Both the position numbers and the translations under genes were made by a program. 64,000 nucleotides of DNA from Octopus sinensis (lineage: Eukaryota): positions 76,694,001-76,758,000 of the forward strand of contig NC_043006.1 of the NCBI RefSeq assembly GCF_006345805.1, read 5' to 3'. Of this stretch, positions 40,809-54,100 are shown piece by piece (the stretch's first letter is position 1; every line of letters begins with the position of its first letter). The notes beneath the pieces are model-generated. The model did not search any database. It saw only the letters and a list, made by a program, of their open reading frames with translations, and was not told where the DNA came from.

Positions 40809-42997
40809 ATATATATATATTGCTTCAATTTTTATATACATTATTTCTTATATTTAATGGTCTGGAAGTAAAGAATCAACGTCAATGCCAAAGTCGTCGC
40901 ATTCACACACAATCATATTAGGTTAATGGAAGATTTTTATTTTAAACCTATGTAATAAGGTGTTACGGTGTAAGACTTCCTAATATCCTCTTAGAATAAT
41001 GTAACTTTGCAGAGAAACAGCTTATTTGACTCTGTTGGTTACGTATCTCGTATGTAATCACTAAAACAGCTGATTTTAACCAAATCACTGACAAAAATTA
41101 TATTAATAACAAACCCATGATAACTTTAAAAAGTCATAAAGAAAATAGATATCATAGCTGACCCTATTAGGTTGGAAAGACAGTCGTGTCGCATTTCCAG
41201 ATGGGAAAGAGGAAAATGCTTCTATGTTTTTAATTGGTATATTTAATACGGCTACTATTTCTCCTCATTGTTCGTTTCATAATCCTATCTCTTTGGTATA
41301 TAGTTGATCTCTGTGGCTTAACATTCTTCTGGTTTTGAAACAAAACATATTCAGTGTCATTTTCAACATCTTCACAATTAAAAACGTTTTTCCTCTAAAT
41401 AATGTTGCAATGATATGAAAAGGTAATAATCGGATGATGCAGGATGAGGAGAGTAAAGAGGATAAGGCAAAATTTCCATATTTAGTGCATATTTATTTTT
41501 CCATATTTATTATTCCATATTTATTTTTCTATGTGATTTGGGAAATGCGTATTCTTTAATTATCGTATAAGATGATTGACCTATGATAGGGGCTTTTCGA
41601 GCAACTACTTATGCAAAGCTTCAAACTGATAGCAGTTCCTCTCTACATAAACTGTTTCATTTTGCTTTAATAACACACTTAATGTATATATGAAACGTAT
41701 ACAAGTAAGTCATGTATATATAACTTTCCTGAAAAATATCTCGGAAGACGTCATAAAGTATATGGAAACTAACGAATGACGAACGCAGAAACGTATGCAT
41801 GTCACGACTTTATGCTGACTTCAGAGGTCATGAACGGCAAATGGCATTTATAAACCCTTTAGTATACCGATTATTCAATCAAATCTGATGCTTGTTCATT
41901 TGCTTACTTTCTAATTTATATTGCACTATCTCTTAGCATTGAGGTTTTGATAATGTGGCTGCATATTTTTAGAATGGTATTGTAGGGTATATTTTAGCGA
42001 TTAGTCACTTTGCGTGTTAAAAATTTATAAAAATATGTATTGTATGGTAGGTATAAGAGGTCGCATTCGGACATTTTGTTACATAAATCAGGTAGAATGT
42101 TTGAGCTAGATATGACAGGTTTAAATGGTAAGTGTTAAGTAGATTTCCATATTTTAAGTTGAAGATACATCAAGGTAACTTAATGTTGATATTTGCCTTA
42201 TAGTATGCGTAGCGTAAGTAGGAATTTGTCAGAGGACTGCTTTATTCTCTGAAAAACTGAGCAGAATCTGGAAGTCTTGTATGTTGCTACATATATTGAG
42301 GGGGAAATAAATCAATTTAACATGCACATGTGCAACTGCATTCCAATGACTGAAACCAACAAAGAAACAGCAAGAAGATTGACATTAGCTGTAGTGGCCC
42401 GCGAGTAATATACACAAAATAATACCGGCCAATTGCTGCCCTGAGTAAAACGGATTCGGAACAGAAATAATCGAAAATTCCGCGCTGGTGTAACTTACAC
42501 TAAATGAAGACGAGTAATTAATTAATGGTTTAACTTCTTTTACCAATCACGCTTAAATCCATGCTATGGTTCTCTCTTATTGAAGTATCTTGCAGATTCA
42601 TAACCGATCGACTTCGCCAAGAAAACAATTTATTTATGCATTAAAAATATTATCTAAGTCTAAAATAAATAAATAAATGAATAAATAAATAAATAAATAA
42701 ATTTAGAAGAAGACATTAAAATGCAGTAAAAACATTTCTTTGATACATTTTGTCTGAATATTTCTTTTACTGTGGATTCTCTATAGACTGTTCAAACTGT
42801 TCTTTGCACATAGCTATTGAAAGAAATAAGAAGAAAGCGTGACATTTCTTTTATTTTTGCTTTTTTTTTCAGCCTTGAAAAAAAAAAGGATATACAATGA
42901 AGTGGAATACTGATTCTTTTATAATCTCTCTCATTCTACGTATGTATGTATGTATGTATGTATGTATGTATGTATGTATGTATGTATGTATGTATCG

Positions 42998-43030
<33 letters not shown>

Positions 43031-43150
43031 ATTATTCATCTTTCTTTTTTTTCTCTCTCGCTTTGTACATATATATATATATATATATGTGTGTGTGTAT
43101 GTATATATGTATATGTATATACATATAAATGCATATGTATATTTACACAC

Positions 43151-43205
<55 letters not shown>

Positions 43206-44103
43206 ATAATGCATTCATATGTATGTGTGTATGTTCATATGCATGTGTATATTGAAAATTTTGTATGCGCATGTATATGCGTGCGTGTATATTTCATATA
43301 GAGTTTGTTCTACATGGATCATTTTGGAAATTTTTTCTTTCTATTTCCATAAATTTCAAAAGCTAGCACCGTTTCTCAGGAGGAATATCTTCTCACCCTC
43401 ATTTAAAGTAAATACATCAATATACTTTATAGCTATTCGTTTCTATAATTTTTTACCGTAATTTTTCAAATATTAAAATGAATTATAATGTTTATTTTTA
43501 TAAAATAAAATAAGAAGCAGTGAAAATATCATTTTCAAGTAATCCTGAATGAAAATTTTTAAGCGAAGTCAGAAAGTAATTTTCTTCGTTCGTTTATATT
43601 CGAGATGTCTGGTTATATATTTTTTTCATCTTCATCATTACCAAAAGTTTTAAAATGATTTTTTCTATTCATTGTCTGTGATAATGGGATTTCAGTTTCA
43701 TATAGAATTTGTTTTTATTATTTTTTGCTCATAAATAACTGGTCTGTGAACAATGGTTGAGAAATACAGCGTACGATGGAGAAGAGAAAGAAAATCGTAT
43801 GTCATAAAACAAAACAAAAAATAAGACAACTGCAATGCTGATAACAATTACTTATTAAATCTGTTACTAAACGTTAGCCTTCAGCATAATGAAATATATC
43901 ATTCTTATTTCAGATTTATTTCAACTGACATCTGTTAGTGTTTATCAAGTGTCTTATAAAGTTAGTGCTTAGTATTGTGTCGCGAACTTACCTGATAACC
44001 ACGATTATTAAGAGATAAGCTTTGTCGCTAGCATAACCGTAAGTTTTTAAGTCCACTTCCGCAGTGTGTTCGATCCAGCTGCGCAGTATTTCGAACCAGT
44101 GGC

Positions 44104-44163
<60 letters not shown>

Positions 44164-44650
44164 CATTATTATTGAGTAAGAGAGCAGTGCATGCCATCAA
44201 AGTGACACTGGGGTAAAATATGTGAAGCCCAGTATACCAATCATGACTACCCGTCTGATAAGGGTACACTAGGCACATGCATCGCAACCATATGTGCGCG
44301 ACATGGTGATCTCATATCAAGATAAACAGCACATGACCATGCAGGTGGGGCCCAGTTAGAATTTTCTTCTGGTTGAGTAACCCATCCCGCTCAAAAGGTC
44401 CTTGAATAACGGTTGTTGAATGAACCACCCATGTTTCCAGAGGTGAATTATTCAAACCCCAAAGAATCCGTCTCAACACATGACTATGATGCTCCCCCCC
44501 TACTTCTGCTCGTGCTCAGAGATGCACATATCGTCAGCCACTGTGGGATATCGTCAACTGGATAAGGTCAAACAACTGACAAGCGTATCTATGGTATTGA
44601 GTAGAATATTTGCTATAGCCCATCTTTTATACTAAGATAAAACAGTGTAC
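44104..44650 (-). mobile_element. Probable non-coding retroposon with (AAT)n tail
   Basis: ~480 bp of balanced-composition sequence directly abutting (TAT)n at 44104-44173; no recognisable ORF; family not identified. Confidence 0.4.
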
Positions 44651-44693
44651 ATATTTTTATTATTTATTTATTTAATAATAGTTTATTTCTACT

Positions 44694-44896
44694 GCGGTGA
44701 ACTGGCAGAATCGTTAGTAATCTGACAGAAAAACATAGCGGCATTTTGTCCGTCTTTACATTCTTTGTTCAAACGCGGTCGACTTTGTTTTCATCAAATC
44801 GGGAACGATAAAATAATACGAGTTCAGCACTGAGATCGGTGAAATCAACATATTCTCTCCTCCACAATTAATAGTTTTGTGCCAAAATTTCAAAGA
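44694..44896 (+). mobile_element. Old SINE family C-related copy
   Basis: GCGGTGAACTGGCAGAATCGTTAG...GGTCGACTTTG...GTGCCAAAATTT. Confidence 0.65.
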
Positions 44897-44915
44897 ATAA
44901 TAATATTTATTATTA

Positions 44916-45162
44916 TTGGGTTGGCGTATAATTATTGCGGCTTATTTTCAACAAATTTTATTCAACAAAAACATTAACATTTAACAAAAACATCTTTAAA
45001 TGATTATTCGGAGCATATTCACCATCTACTTCAATTACTGATTTCCATTTGCTTGGCAGACTATCAGACCGTCATTTAAAGATGGTTTTGTTAAATATTG
45101 TTATTGTATTTGTTGAATAAAATTTGTTGAAGAATAACCGCAGTAATTATGCACCAACCCAA
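44916..45162. mobile_element. Mariner-derived MITE, ~88-bp inverted arms, TA target duplication
   Basis: TA-TTGGGTTGG...CCAACCCAA-TA; centre encodes (minus) DSLPSKWKSVIEVDGEY, a mariner C-terminus. Confidence 0.85.
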
Positions 45163-46343
45163 TATTAATACTGGATCTTAGGATTGACGAATGGTTTGTG
45201 CATGGGATTTTGCGCGCATAAAACTGTGCGGAATCCCATCGAATGTGTTGAGCTTAAGAAGTATGTCTCCGAAACTAATACCGCAACAAAATATTAGTTC
45301 CTAGTAGTGGTTACTTCATTTTCAAGACCATCAAGTCAGTACCCGTTGAATATAATTAGGTACAAAGTCGCTAGCGAATGATACATAAGAATTAACATTC
45401 ACTTACTCTCTCTCTCTATCTCTCACACACACACATACACACACACAAACAGACTCACGCACTCATCTCAAAAACAACATTTTTACTTAGTTTCTCATTT
45501 AATCTCATAAGAGTCTTTAACACACTATCTTTAAGAGCATTCTAAATCAAACATGAAAAAGAAGAGTCGTAATTAAATTGACAAAGAAATATAGAATTAA
45601 TAAGATAATAACAAACTCGTCCCCTTCGTCAAAACATAATGGATGAAGAGGCAGAAAACTAACAGCCACTCAATTAACTCAAAACGTAAGCAAGTGTAAA
45701 AACAAAATCGTGAGACCGCACCAGCACACATTCCAATGAAAATAGACATATCACCAAAAGCGAGTAGTAACAGATCTCACCTGATGATTTCAGGGCCGTG
45801 AAACTCAAGTCACAACATAAAAACTCATTTTTAACTGGATATTTAACAAGCTCTTACTGATAGCTTTGTCTACTTCGTGTTCCAAGGATAAAAGCAAATT
45901 AATGTATATGGCTGTATTGATTCAGTCCCAATACATGGCACCGTGGGTAAGTGTGTCCTTCTCTAACATCTGAACGCCAAAGACTTGTGAATGGGTTTGG
46001 TAGACGGAAAATCGAAGAAGCCTGTGCTATGTGCATGTGTGTGTTCTTGACGTGTCTCTTATCCAATGTTGGTTGCTTCCATTAAGTCCGAATATTGTGA
46101 TGAACTACATCTAGCAACATAATAATGGACCACTGAGCCCTCAGAAACATTTTGATGCCTGAGCAACAAGATGCGAAATCATCGGTGATCTTGTTATATC
46201 TGTTGCCGTTGTGAAATTGCCTCCCTTGTCAATCATTACGATAGCGCTTCTGTGGCTATTAAGTTGTTTTGACTCTTATTTCTAGCAATACTGTTGCATA
46301 TTAGTAACCATTGTCATTCCAGTGACGTATATATTTCTGCATG

Positions 46344-46376
<33 letters not shown>

Positions 46377-46428
46377 ATGGTTATGTATGTATGTACTTAT
46401 GTACGTATCTATGCATTTATATATCTCT

Positions 46429-46790
<362 letters not shown>

Positions 46791-46824
46791 CAGACTTGCA
46801 TGTGCAAGTTGTTTGCAAAACATC

Positions 46825-47909
46825 TAAGATCTTGGGATAGGTAACCACTAACATTCTGGAAAGAGGTTTAGGCATCTTGGAAAGACAAGAAGACTGCTCG
46901 GAAAGACGAGCTGACAATAGGAAAGACTATCGACACCAGGAAAGATTGGTGGAGGCTGCAGACTTACAATCCCTGCCTCTGTAACATGTTGTAGCAACTC
47001 CCAATGAGAATGACAGCCCCATGGTTGACAGAGGTGGGGGGTCGAGTATCACTCAAACCCAGTTAACACAGAATTTACCTTGGGCATGAATTCGGCTATT
47101 CCTTCAAACAGCGAACGAAGTGCAAGCAACATTGGATGCAACTGAGAGAGGTTTGAAGATTCATCAAGAAAAGACTTGTAAGAAGCGAACAGAGCAATGT
47201 GGATCATCTGATCGTAAAACACGTTGCAAATCATCCCCTGACTAAAGCCACAGCAGATCGATAAATGACCTCTTCCCGACAGGAAACTGCAGGTTATGAG
47301 ACCGGTACATCAGATAGCACTCGGAGGAAACTGAGGATTCTATTGCCTGCTGCTAATGAGAAAGGAAGATGTAAATTTTAAGAACACGGTATGTCAAGCT
47401 CGTTATAAAATGACAAGATCTATATTGGAGAAACTGGGAAAGTTCAATATACGATACAGGAAAGGAATTATTTGGAGTGAAGGATGATGTTCAATTAGCA
47501 AAAGGAAAGCGTGGAAAAAAAACAGAAGAATCAGGAGAATGAAACAGTTGAGATTTCCAATCGAAGTCGGATACAGAGGATTCGTTGGACAGCCTGTGAG
47601 ACGACTGTTGTTATCGTTAGGCTTAACTCATCGTAAAGTAAATACGATCAAGAACGATATCCAAACTCAGTGGAAAAGGCTAGCCACTGGATTTGGTTAA
47701 ATAGAGATGATGAGCGATGGCTAGAAGAATATTGAGCTATATTTGATAACCAGATGCTTTAGTAAGCGGGGTCTCCTATCAGTGAAAAGGTGAAGGGCGG
47801 TACGTAATGTTGCCGTCGAAAGATAAGCCTATTCGAAACGGCGCGCATTCTCTTCTGATGACCCCATACACTTGTTGGCTTCTGGTATGCGGTGATTTCG
47901 ACTGGTAGC
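46825..47909 (+). mobile_element. Internally deleted HERO-like (REL) non-LTR element flanked by a 31-bp direct repeat
   Basis: RGLKIHQEKTC, LRILLPAANEK, IYDTGKELFGVK, then directly FPIEVGYRGFVG and EKASHWIWLNR; no RT. Repeat 46794-46824 vs 47910-47940 is 29/31 identical. Confidence 0.75.
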
Positions 47910-49266
47910 ACTTGTATGTGCAAGTTGTTTTCAAAACATCATTAGCATGTTTGTTTTAATTCTTAGTTTTTAGGTTTAAAAATGCTATCGCCTATTTAAA
48001 CGTCTTGTTAAACACACCTGTCACTGGCTGCTTTTTATTGAAGCGTATCCTTTTGCACTCTCCAGTTTCAGGAAACCATCAGTCCCTCTAACATTAGTGA
48101 TCTTCGAACACTGCCCATTGTAGAGAGGGATACTTGCATGGATGGACAACTGTCACTTTATCTCTAAAACTCAAAGCTTGGCCAAGACATTTATGAGCTG
48201 GTACATGGTCAAACTTGTCCGATGGGAACATCTCGTAGAAATTGCTCCCCGTATCAAAATTTTAATTGCAAATTTTTGTATATTTGTGCGAATGGCATCA
48301 TTGAAATTTACGTTAGTAATTTCTGAATTAGTACTGTAGAATTTCGAGTCAACTAAGGAACCACCTTGTTTACTCAACCTGCTAGAAACAATAAACAAAT
48401 ATCCTTCAGATAACGCCGTTTTATTAAAAGGATATATTTAGGTAATACTTAACCTTAGGTCCACTCTGTAAAGGAAATATTCAACATATAGAAGACACAC
48501 CTTCGATTATATTTCTAGTAGAAAAGAGCTGACCTCTCTGTAATCAAATACAACAACAACAACAACAACTTATTAAGAGTAGTTTACTGTGTCTTCTTCT
48601 TCACCAGTTAATCGTAAAACATTATTAACAAAATCTATCCTGTTTTGAATTGTAAATGTTTCGTGATTGGTACTTAATTAGATATTGATTTCTTTCAGAC
48701 TATTCAATAGGAAGTGTTGATGTCTATACTTTCTTTGTGTGAGTATTGACGTCATGATTGAAGTTAATTAATCTTGACTGTGTATCGCAAAGGTCTCGTA
48801 CATTTTGCTACCTAACTTTTTTTTTATGTTTTAATGCATAACTGCTTTAATTGTTACACAATGACAAATACACTGAATGCCTTGTACGGCGATATTTTTT
48901 ACGTACTGTTCATTGTAAAACATCGATGTGAAGTTTGAATTATTGTTTACAAAATCTATTTTTGCTCAGAATAGTAAGTGATACTTGGTATTCCACCTGC
49001 TCATCATATTGATCTTTTGTGCAATAGAGGAAGAAACTAAAATAATGCAATGTTTCATGTTCATCACTGAAGTGTTATATTATATTATCTCTCTATAGAA
49101 TATTAGCTTTATAAAAAGAATTATCTCTATCAATATTGAGTTTTACATGTCACCACAAGTTCCTAATAAGCCATCCTAAATTCTAAGGCATTTAGTTCAT
49201 TAATCTGCCACACTTAACCAGCAACTGAAAGAGCGGTTTAAAATCAATTTAATCAAACGAAATATA

Positions 49267-49674
49267 GGCGCAGGAGTAGCTGTGTGGTAAGACGCTTCCT
49301 TACCGACCACATGGTACCGGGTTCAGTCCCACTGCGTGATACCTTGCGCAAGTGTTTTCTATTATAGCCTTGGGCCGACCAAAGCCTTCTGAGTGGATTT
49401 GGTGGACAGAAACTGAAAGAGGCCCGTCGTATATATGTATGTATGGATAGGTGGATGTATGTATGTGTGTGTTAGTGAGTTTTTGTGGCTGTGTTTGTCC
49501 TTCCACCATCGCTTAACAACCGATGTGTTTATGTCCACGTAAATTAGCGGTTCGGCAAAAAGAGACCGATAGAATAAGTACTAGGCTTACAAAGAATAAG
49601 TCGTGGGGTCCATTCACTCGACTAACGGCGGTGCTCCAGCATGGCCGCAGTCAAATGACTGAAACAAATAAAAG
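49267..49674 (+). mobile_element. SINE family A
   Basis: Both arms present. Confidence 0.9.
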
Positions 49675-49841
49675 CCTACAAGAGGCTTGAAACTCATATC
49701 AAAGTAACTCACTGGAAACATTTATTAAGATTAAAATAAAAGCTATGACTATTCATACTTTCAAATACATATAATGCTGTACCATGAAATTTCTCTCTAT
49801 TACTGTTCCATATTCCATATATATATATGCATGTATGTATC

Positions 49842-49876
<35 letters not shown>

Positions 49877-49898
49877 TATATAATATATATATATATAT

Positions 49899-49961
<63 letters not shown>

Positions 49962-49970
49962 TTCCAAAAT

Positions 49971-50005
49971 GTTTCTGAAGAAGAACTTTGCCCGAAACGA
50001 AAAAC
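49971..50005 (+). ncRNA. Degenerate minimal hammerhead motif
   Basis: GTTT-CTGAAGA-A-GAAC TTT GCCC-GAAAC-GAA-AAAC; stem I intact, stem II and triplet mutated. Confidence 0.5.
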
Positions 50006-50093
50006 GCCCTTTCTTTCCTTCGTGAGTCTCATTAATACTTTTCAGGTTTTTTACATCATCTTCGTCCTTCGGTTCGAAGATGACCAACTGACA

Positions 50094-51923
50094 TCAACTG
50101 ATGGTACTGCCGCCATGAGACCGGAGGTGGCTGGTGAGGCCAATCCGGGCAAGGAAGCCCCTCCCACAGGTGGGGCAGAAATGGGTAGCGGCCGTGCTAC
50201 TGGTGCAGGCGGCTCTGTCTTTACGCATCTGACGTTTCTGCTCCGCTGACCGAATCCGTCCCTCCTCGGCTGTCCCTGCTCCCACGGTGATTGCGCTGCG
50301 CCAGGATGAGCGGTTGGCAGCAAGTGTCTCCCAGGTCTCTGTTCCGATGGAGAAGTCTTTGAGAGAGACCTTGAGACTATCCTTGTAGCGCTTCTTCTGC
50401 CCTCCGACTTTGCGCCTGCCCTGGCCGAGTTCACCGTAGAAGAGCTGTTTTGGGATGCGAGTGTCGGACATGCGGGAGACGTGGCCCGCCCATCTCAGCT
50501 GGGCCTTGCGCATGATTGTGATGGTGCTAGGGAGATCTGCCTGCTTCAGAACTTCCGTGTCTGGGACTTTGTCCTGCCAGCGGATGTGAAGGAGGTTCCG
50601 AAGACACCTGAGATGGAAGTGGTTTATCTGTCGCTCGTGCCTTCGGTAAGCAGTCCACGTCTCGCAGCCGTATAGTAGGGTGGTAAGCACGACTGCCCGG
50701 TAGACTTTCAGCTTGGTGTTGAGGCTGATTCCTCTCCTCTCCCAGACTTTCTTTCGCAGTCTCCCAAACGCGCTGCTTGCCTTGGAGATTCTGTTGCTGG
50801 TTTCAGCATCTATGTTGGCATTGCAGGAGAGAGTGCTGCCCAGGTAGGTGAAGTTTTCCACCACTCCCTTCACCCTTATCTGAGGCTCATGGTATTGTTT
50901 GCCGGGGGCTGGCTGAAACATCACTTCGGTTTTCTTGGCACTGATGGTGAGACCGAAGTTGTCACAGGCTGATGAGAACCTGTCCATCTCGAGCTGCATC
51001 TCCTGCTCATCGATTGCACTAAGGGCGCAGTCGTCAGCAAAGAGAAAGTCTCTGACGACTGTCTCCCTCACCTTTGTGACAGCCTGCAATCTTCTGGAGT
51101 TGAAAAGTTTCCCGTCTGTCCTGTACTTGATGTCGATACCGGACTTGCAGTCCCTAAAGGCGTCGGACAGCATTGCCGAGAACATGATGCTGAACAGTGT
51201 TGGGGCCAGGACACAGCCCTGCCTGACTCCGTTGGTCACCTGGAAGGCTTCAGATGAGTTGCCGTCTTCAAGGACTCTGGCTGTCATTCCGTCGTGGAAC
51301 TGGCGGACAATTGCAATAAATTTGCTGGGGCAACCAAATTTTCCCATGACCTTCCATAGTCCCTCCCGACTGACTGTATCAAAGGCCTTGGTGAGGTCAA
51401 CAAAGGTCATGTAGAGGTCAAGGTGCTGCTCCATGCATTTCTCCTGGAGCTGGCGGGCGGCGAATATCATGTCAGTGGTCCCTCGACCCGCGCGGAAGCC
51501 ACACTGGCTCTCAGGGAGAAGGCCTTGCTCCAAGTGTTCCAGAAGGCGGTCAAGCAGGACCCGGGTCAGGATCTTGCCCGCTATGGACAAGAGGGAGATA
51601 CCTCGGTGGTTGTCGCAGGACTGCCGATCTCCTTTCCGCTTATAAATGTGAACTATTGTTGCGTCCCGGAAATCTTGAGGAAGTTGTTCCCTGTCCCACA
51701 TCGACTGGAACAGGCTGGTGAGCTGACTGATCATGGTGGGGCCGCCCGACTTGAACACCTCTGCAGGGATGGCGTCAGAGCCTGGAGCTTTGCCGGTGGA
51801 CATTTTTTTGATGGCTCTGCTCACTTCCTCGACTGCAGGGGGAACAGCCAACTCGTGGTTTGTCGGCACCTGGGGGAGTCGTGCGATGGCTTCCTCGTTG
51901 ATCTGGGCTGGTCGGTTGAGCAC
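50094..51923 (-). pseudogene. RTE reverse transcriptase plus C-terminal C2H2 finger (3' part of the frameshifted ORF)
   Basis: KAPGSDAIP, RGISLL, QCGFRAGR, FVDLTKAFDTV, GVRQGCVLAPTLF, LFADDCAL, FTYLGS, CPTCGRGFLARIGLTSHLRSH. Confidence 0.95.
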
Positions 51924-51939
51924 GATGTTGAAATGCTCC

Positions 51940-53431
51940 TCTTGTTAGTCAGGAGTGAGGTTCCATCCGAGCTGAGCAGGGGGGTTGATCCAAAGGAGAA
52001 CTGCGGTCCATAGACAGCTTTCAGCGCCTCGTAGAATTTCTTGGTGTCGTGTTTGTCTGCGTATCTCTGAATCTCATCCGCCTTGGCGCTTAACCATGCG
52101 TCTTGCATGAGGCGGAGTTTAGCCTGGACTGTGCTGCGAATGTTGTTGAAAGCGGCCTTCTTTGCCGTGCAGGTGGTGTCATTTTGGTGAGCCCGCAGCA
52201 GACGGCGTTTCTCTTCCAGGAGCTTTTGGATTTCCTGGTCGTTTTCGTCGAACCAGTCCTGGTGGTTCCTCGTAACTTGGCCCAGAGTTTCAAGGGCGAT
52301 GGAATGAACCATGTCCCTGAATGATTCCCACTGCTCATCGATGCTGGACTGGTCACTCCGAATGTCCAACAGCTTGCTGTCCATACGTGACTGGAGATCT
52401 TGTGCAGTCAGCTGGTTCTTTAATTTCGTGATGTTAAGCTTCCTCGTCACTTTCTGACCCTGTGGTCTTCTCTTAGGTCGGATGTAGAAATCCATCCTGG
52501 AGATGATGAGGCGATGGTCCGTCCAGCAGTCAGCTCCGCACATGGCTTTGACCAGTCTCACGTCCCGCCTGTCTTTCGCCCTGACGATGACGTAATCTAT
52601 CAGATGCCAGTGTTTGGAGCGTGGATGCATCCATAATGTCTTGTTGCGTGTTGGCAGACGGAACAAGGTGTTGGCGATGGTAAGATCATGAGAGGCACAC
52701 GCACGCAGGAGGAGCTGTCCGTTGCTGTTGCACTTTCCGATTCCTTGCTTTCCCAGTACGCGATGCCAGGCTTGGTGGTCAGTCTCGACACGGGCGTTAA
52801 AATCCCCAAGGAGGATGAGCTTCCCAGGCTGGGCTGACGTGATGAGGGAGTCGAGTTCCTCATAGAACCTGTCCTTAACTTCTTCAGGGTTGGTCATGGT
52901 GGGGGCGTAAGCGCTGATGATGGTCGCACTAGTCTTGTTTCCAAGTGGGAGCTGCATCTTCATCAGCCGATCGTTGATACCCTCGGGGGGGCTTTCCAGT
53001 TTCCGCACGTGTACTGACTTAATGGCAAAACCAACACCAGCCTCACGACGCTCTTCGCTGCTGCGACCACTCCAAAAGAAAGTGTAGCCGCCGCCTGTCT
53101 CTGTCAGCTGGCCTTTGTCCGCAAGGCGGGTCTCGCTCAGTGCTGCAATATCGACATTGTATCGGCCCAGTTCTCTGGCCACCAGGGCAGTTCGTCTCTC
53201 TGGTCTATCCGCTTTGGTGTTGTCAAGCAGAGTTCTCACGTTCCAAGTTGCGAAAGTGAGCACCTTTGTTTTCTTCTTTCTTTGTTTCGACCGCTTGGAA
53301 AGGATCCCCGCCAGCCGCGGTTTGCTGACCAGGGTGAGGTGAGGCAGGCTATGTTTAGGGCAACCTTTTCTATCCCCGTCCTCATGCTGGGGAGGCGAGC
53401 AGAGCGATCCTGAAGAGGGCTGCTCGGTCAC
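51940..53431 (-). pseudogene. RTE apurinic-like endonuclease region (5' part of the ORF)
   Basis: TWNVRTL, DIAALSETR, GVGFAI, SAYAPT, LGDFNARV, HWHLIDYVIV, TDHRL. A small deletion near 51940 (LTNK..EHF join) shifts the frame. Confidence 0.93.
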
Positions 53432-53986
53432 TCAGGAGGCTGCCGGACTCCACTGCTGCCTCAGTTCAGTGAGAGGCGACCATATGTCCTGAGCCGCCTG
53501 TGTGTGGGTTCACGACTGCAGCTCCCAGTGTATCCTCACCTGCTACTTCGCCGTTTCCCCATCGCCACAGGACTTTGGGATGGTGTCATGACGTCATGAT
53601 GTCGTGACATGCGCGTGACTTGGATTATAGTGAGGGTGACTTGCGCAGGATCAGCCTCACTCTCTCGTCCTGGTGCGCCGGATCCAGTGGCAAGACAAAG
53701 TCAAGACGACTGGGGGTAGACCAAGATGCAGGAGCTGCCGGAAGGTGGCACGCATGGCGCAATTCAACCACCTTAGGGGCTCCACTCCGGATTTTGGATG
53801 GCCATTGACTCATGAGAGAGTTCCTCTGCCCTTTGACAGGTTTTGTTTTTAGTCCTGCTGGGTGTCCAAATCACCCTCCTCACCAAGAAATCTTGGTGGG
53901 GTTGCCAGTTTAGTCGCCAACGACCCGACCATGTAACAGGTTGTACTGGGTTACATGTTACCAGTAGCTCCAAGCGGAGACCTGAC

Positions 53987-54100
53987 ATACATACATACAT
54001 GCACGCATGCATACATACATACATACATGCATACATACATACATGCATACATGCATACATACATACAAACATATATGCATACATACATACATACATGTAT
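53987..54100. repeat. (CATA)n microsatellite abutting the RTE 5' end
   Basis: Direct reading. Confidence 0.9.

Larger units (their letters stand above)
50054..53985 (-). mobile_element. Near full-length RTE-clade LINE
   Basis: 5' UTR, APE, RT and C2H2 finger, short 3' UTR ending GGACGAAGATGATG; markedly GC-rich relative to flanks; no TSD found. Confidence 0.95.

Noticed and set aside
45780-45825. CTGATGA...GAAAC...GTC as a hammerhead
   Set aside because: Neither stem I nor stem II pairs.
47847-47875. GAAAC...CTGATGA in the HERO-like 3' UTR as a type II hammerhead
   Set aside because: No stem III, no NUH site, no stem I hairpin between the motifs.
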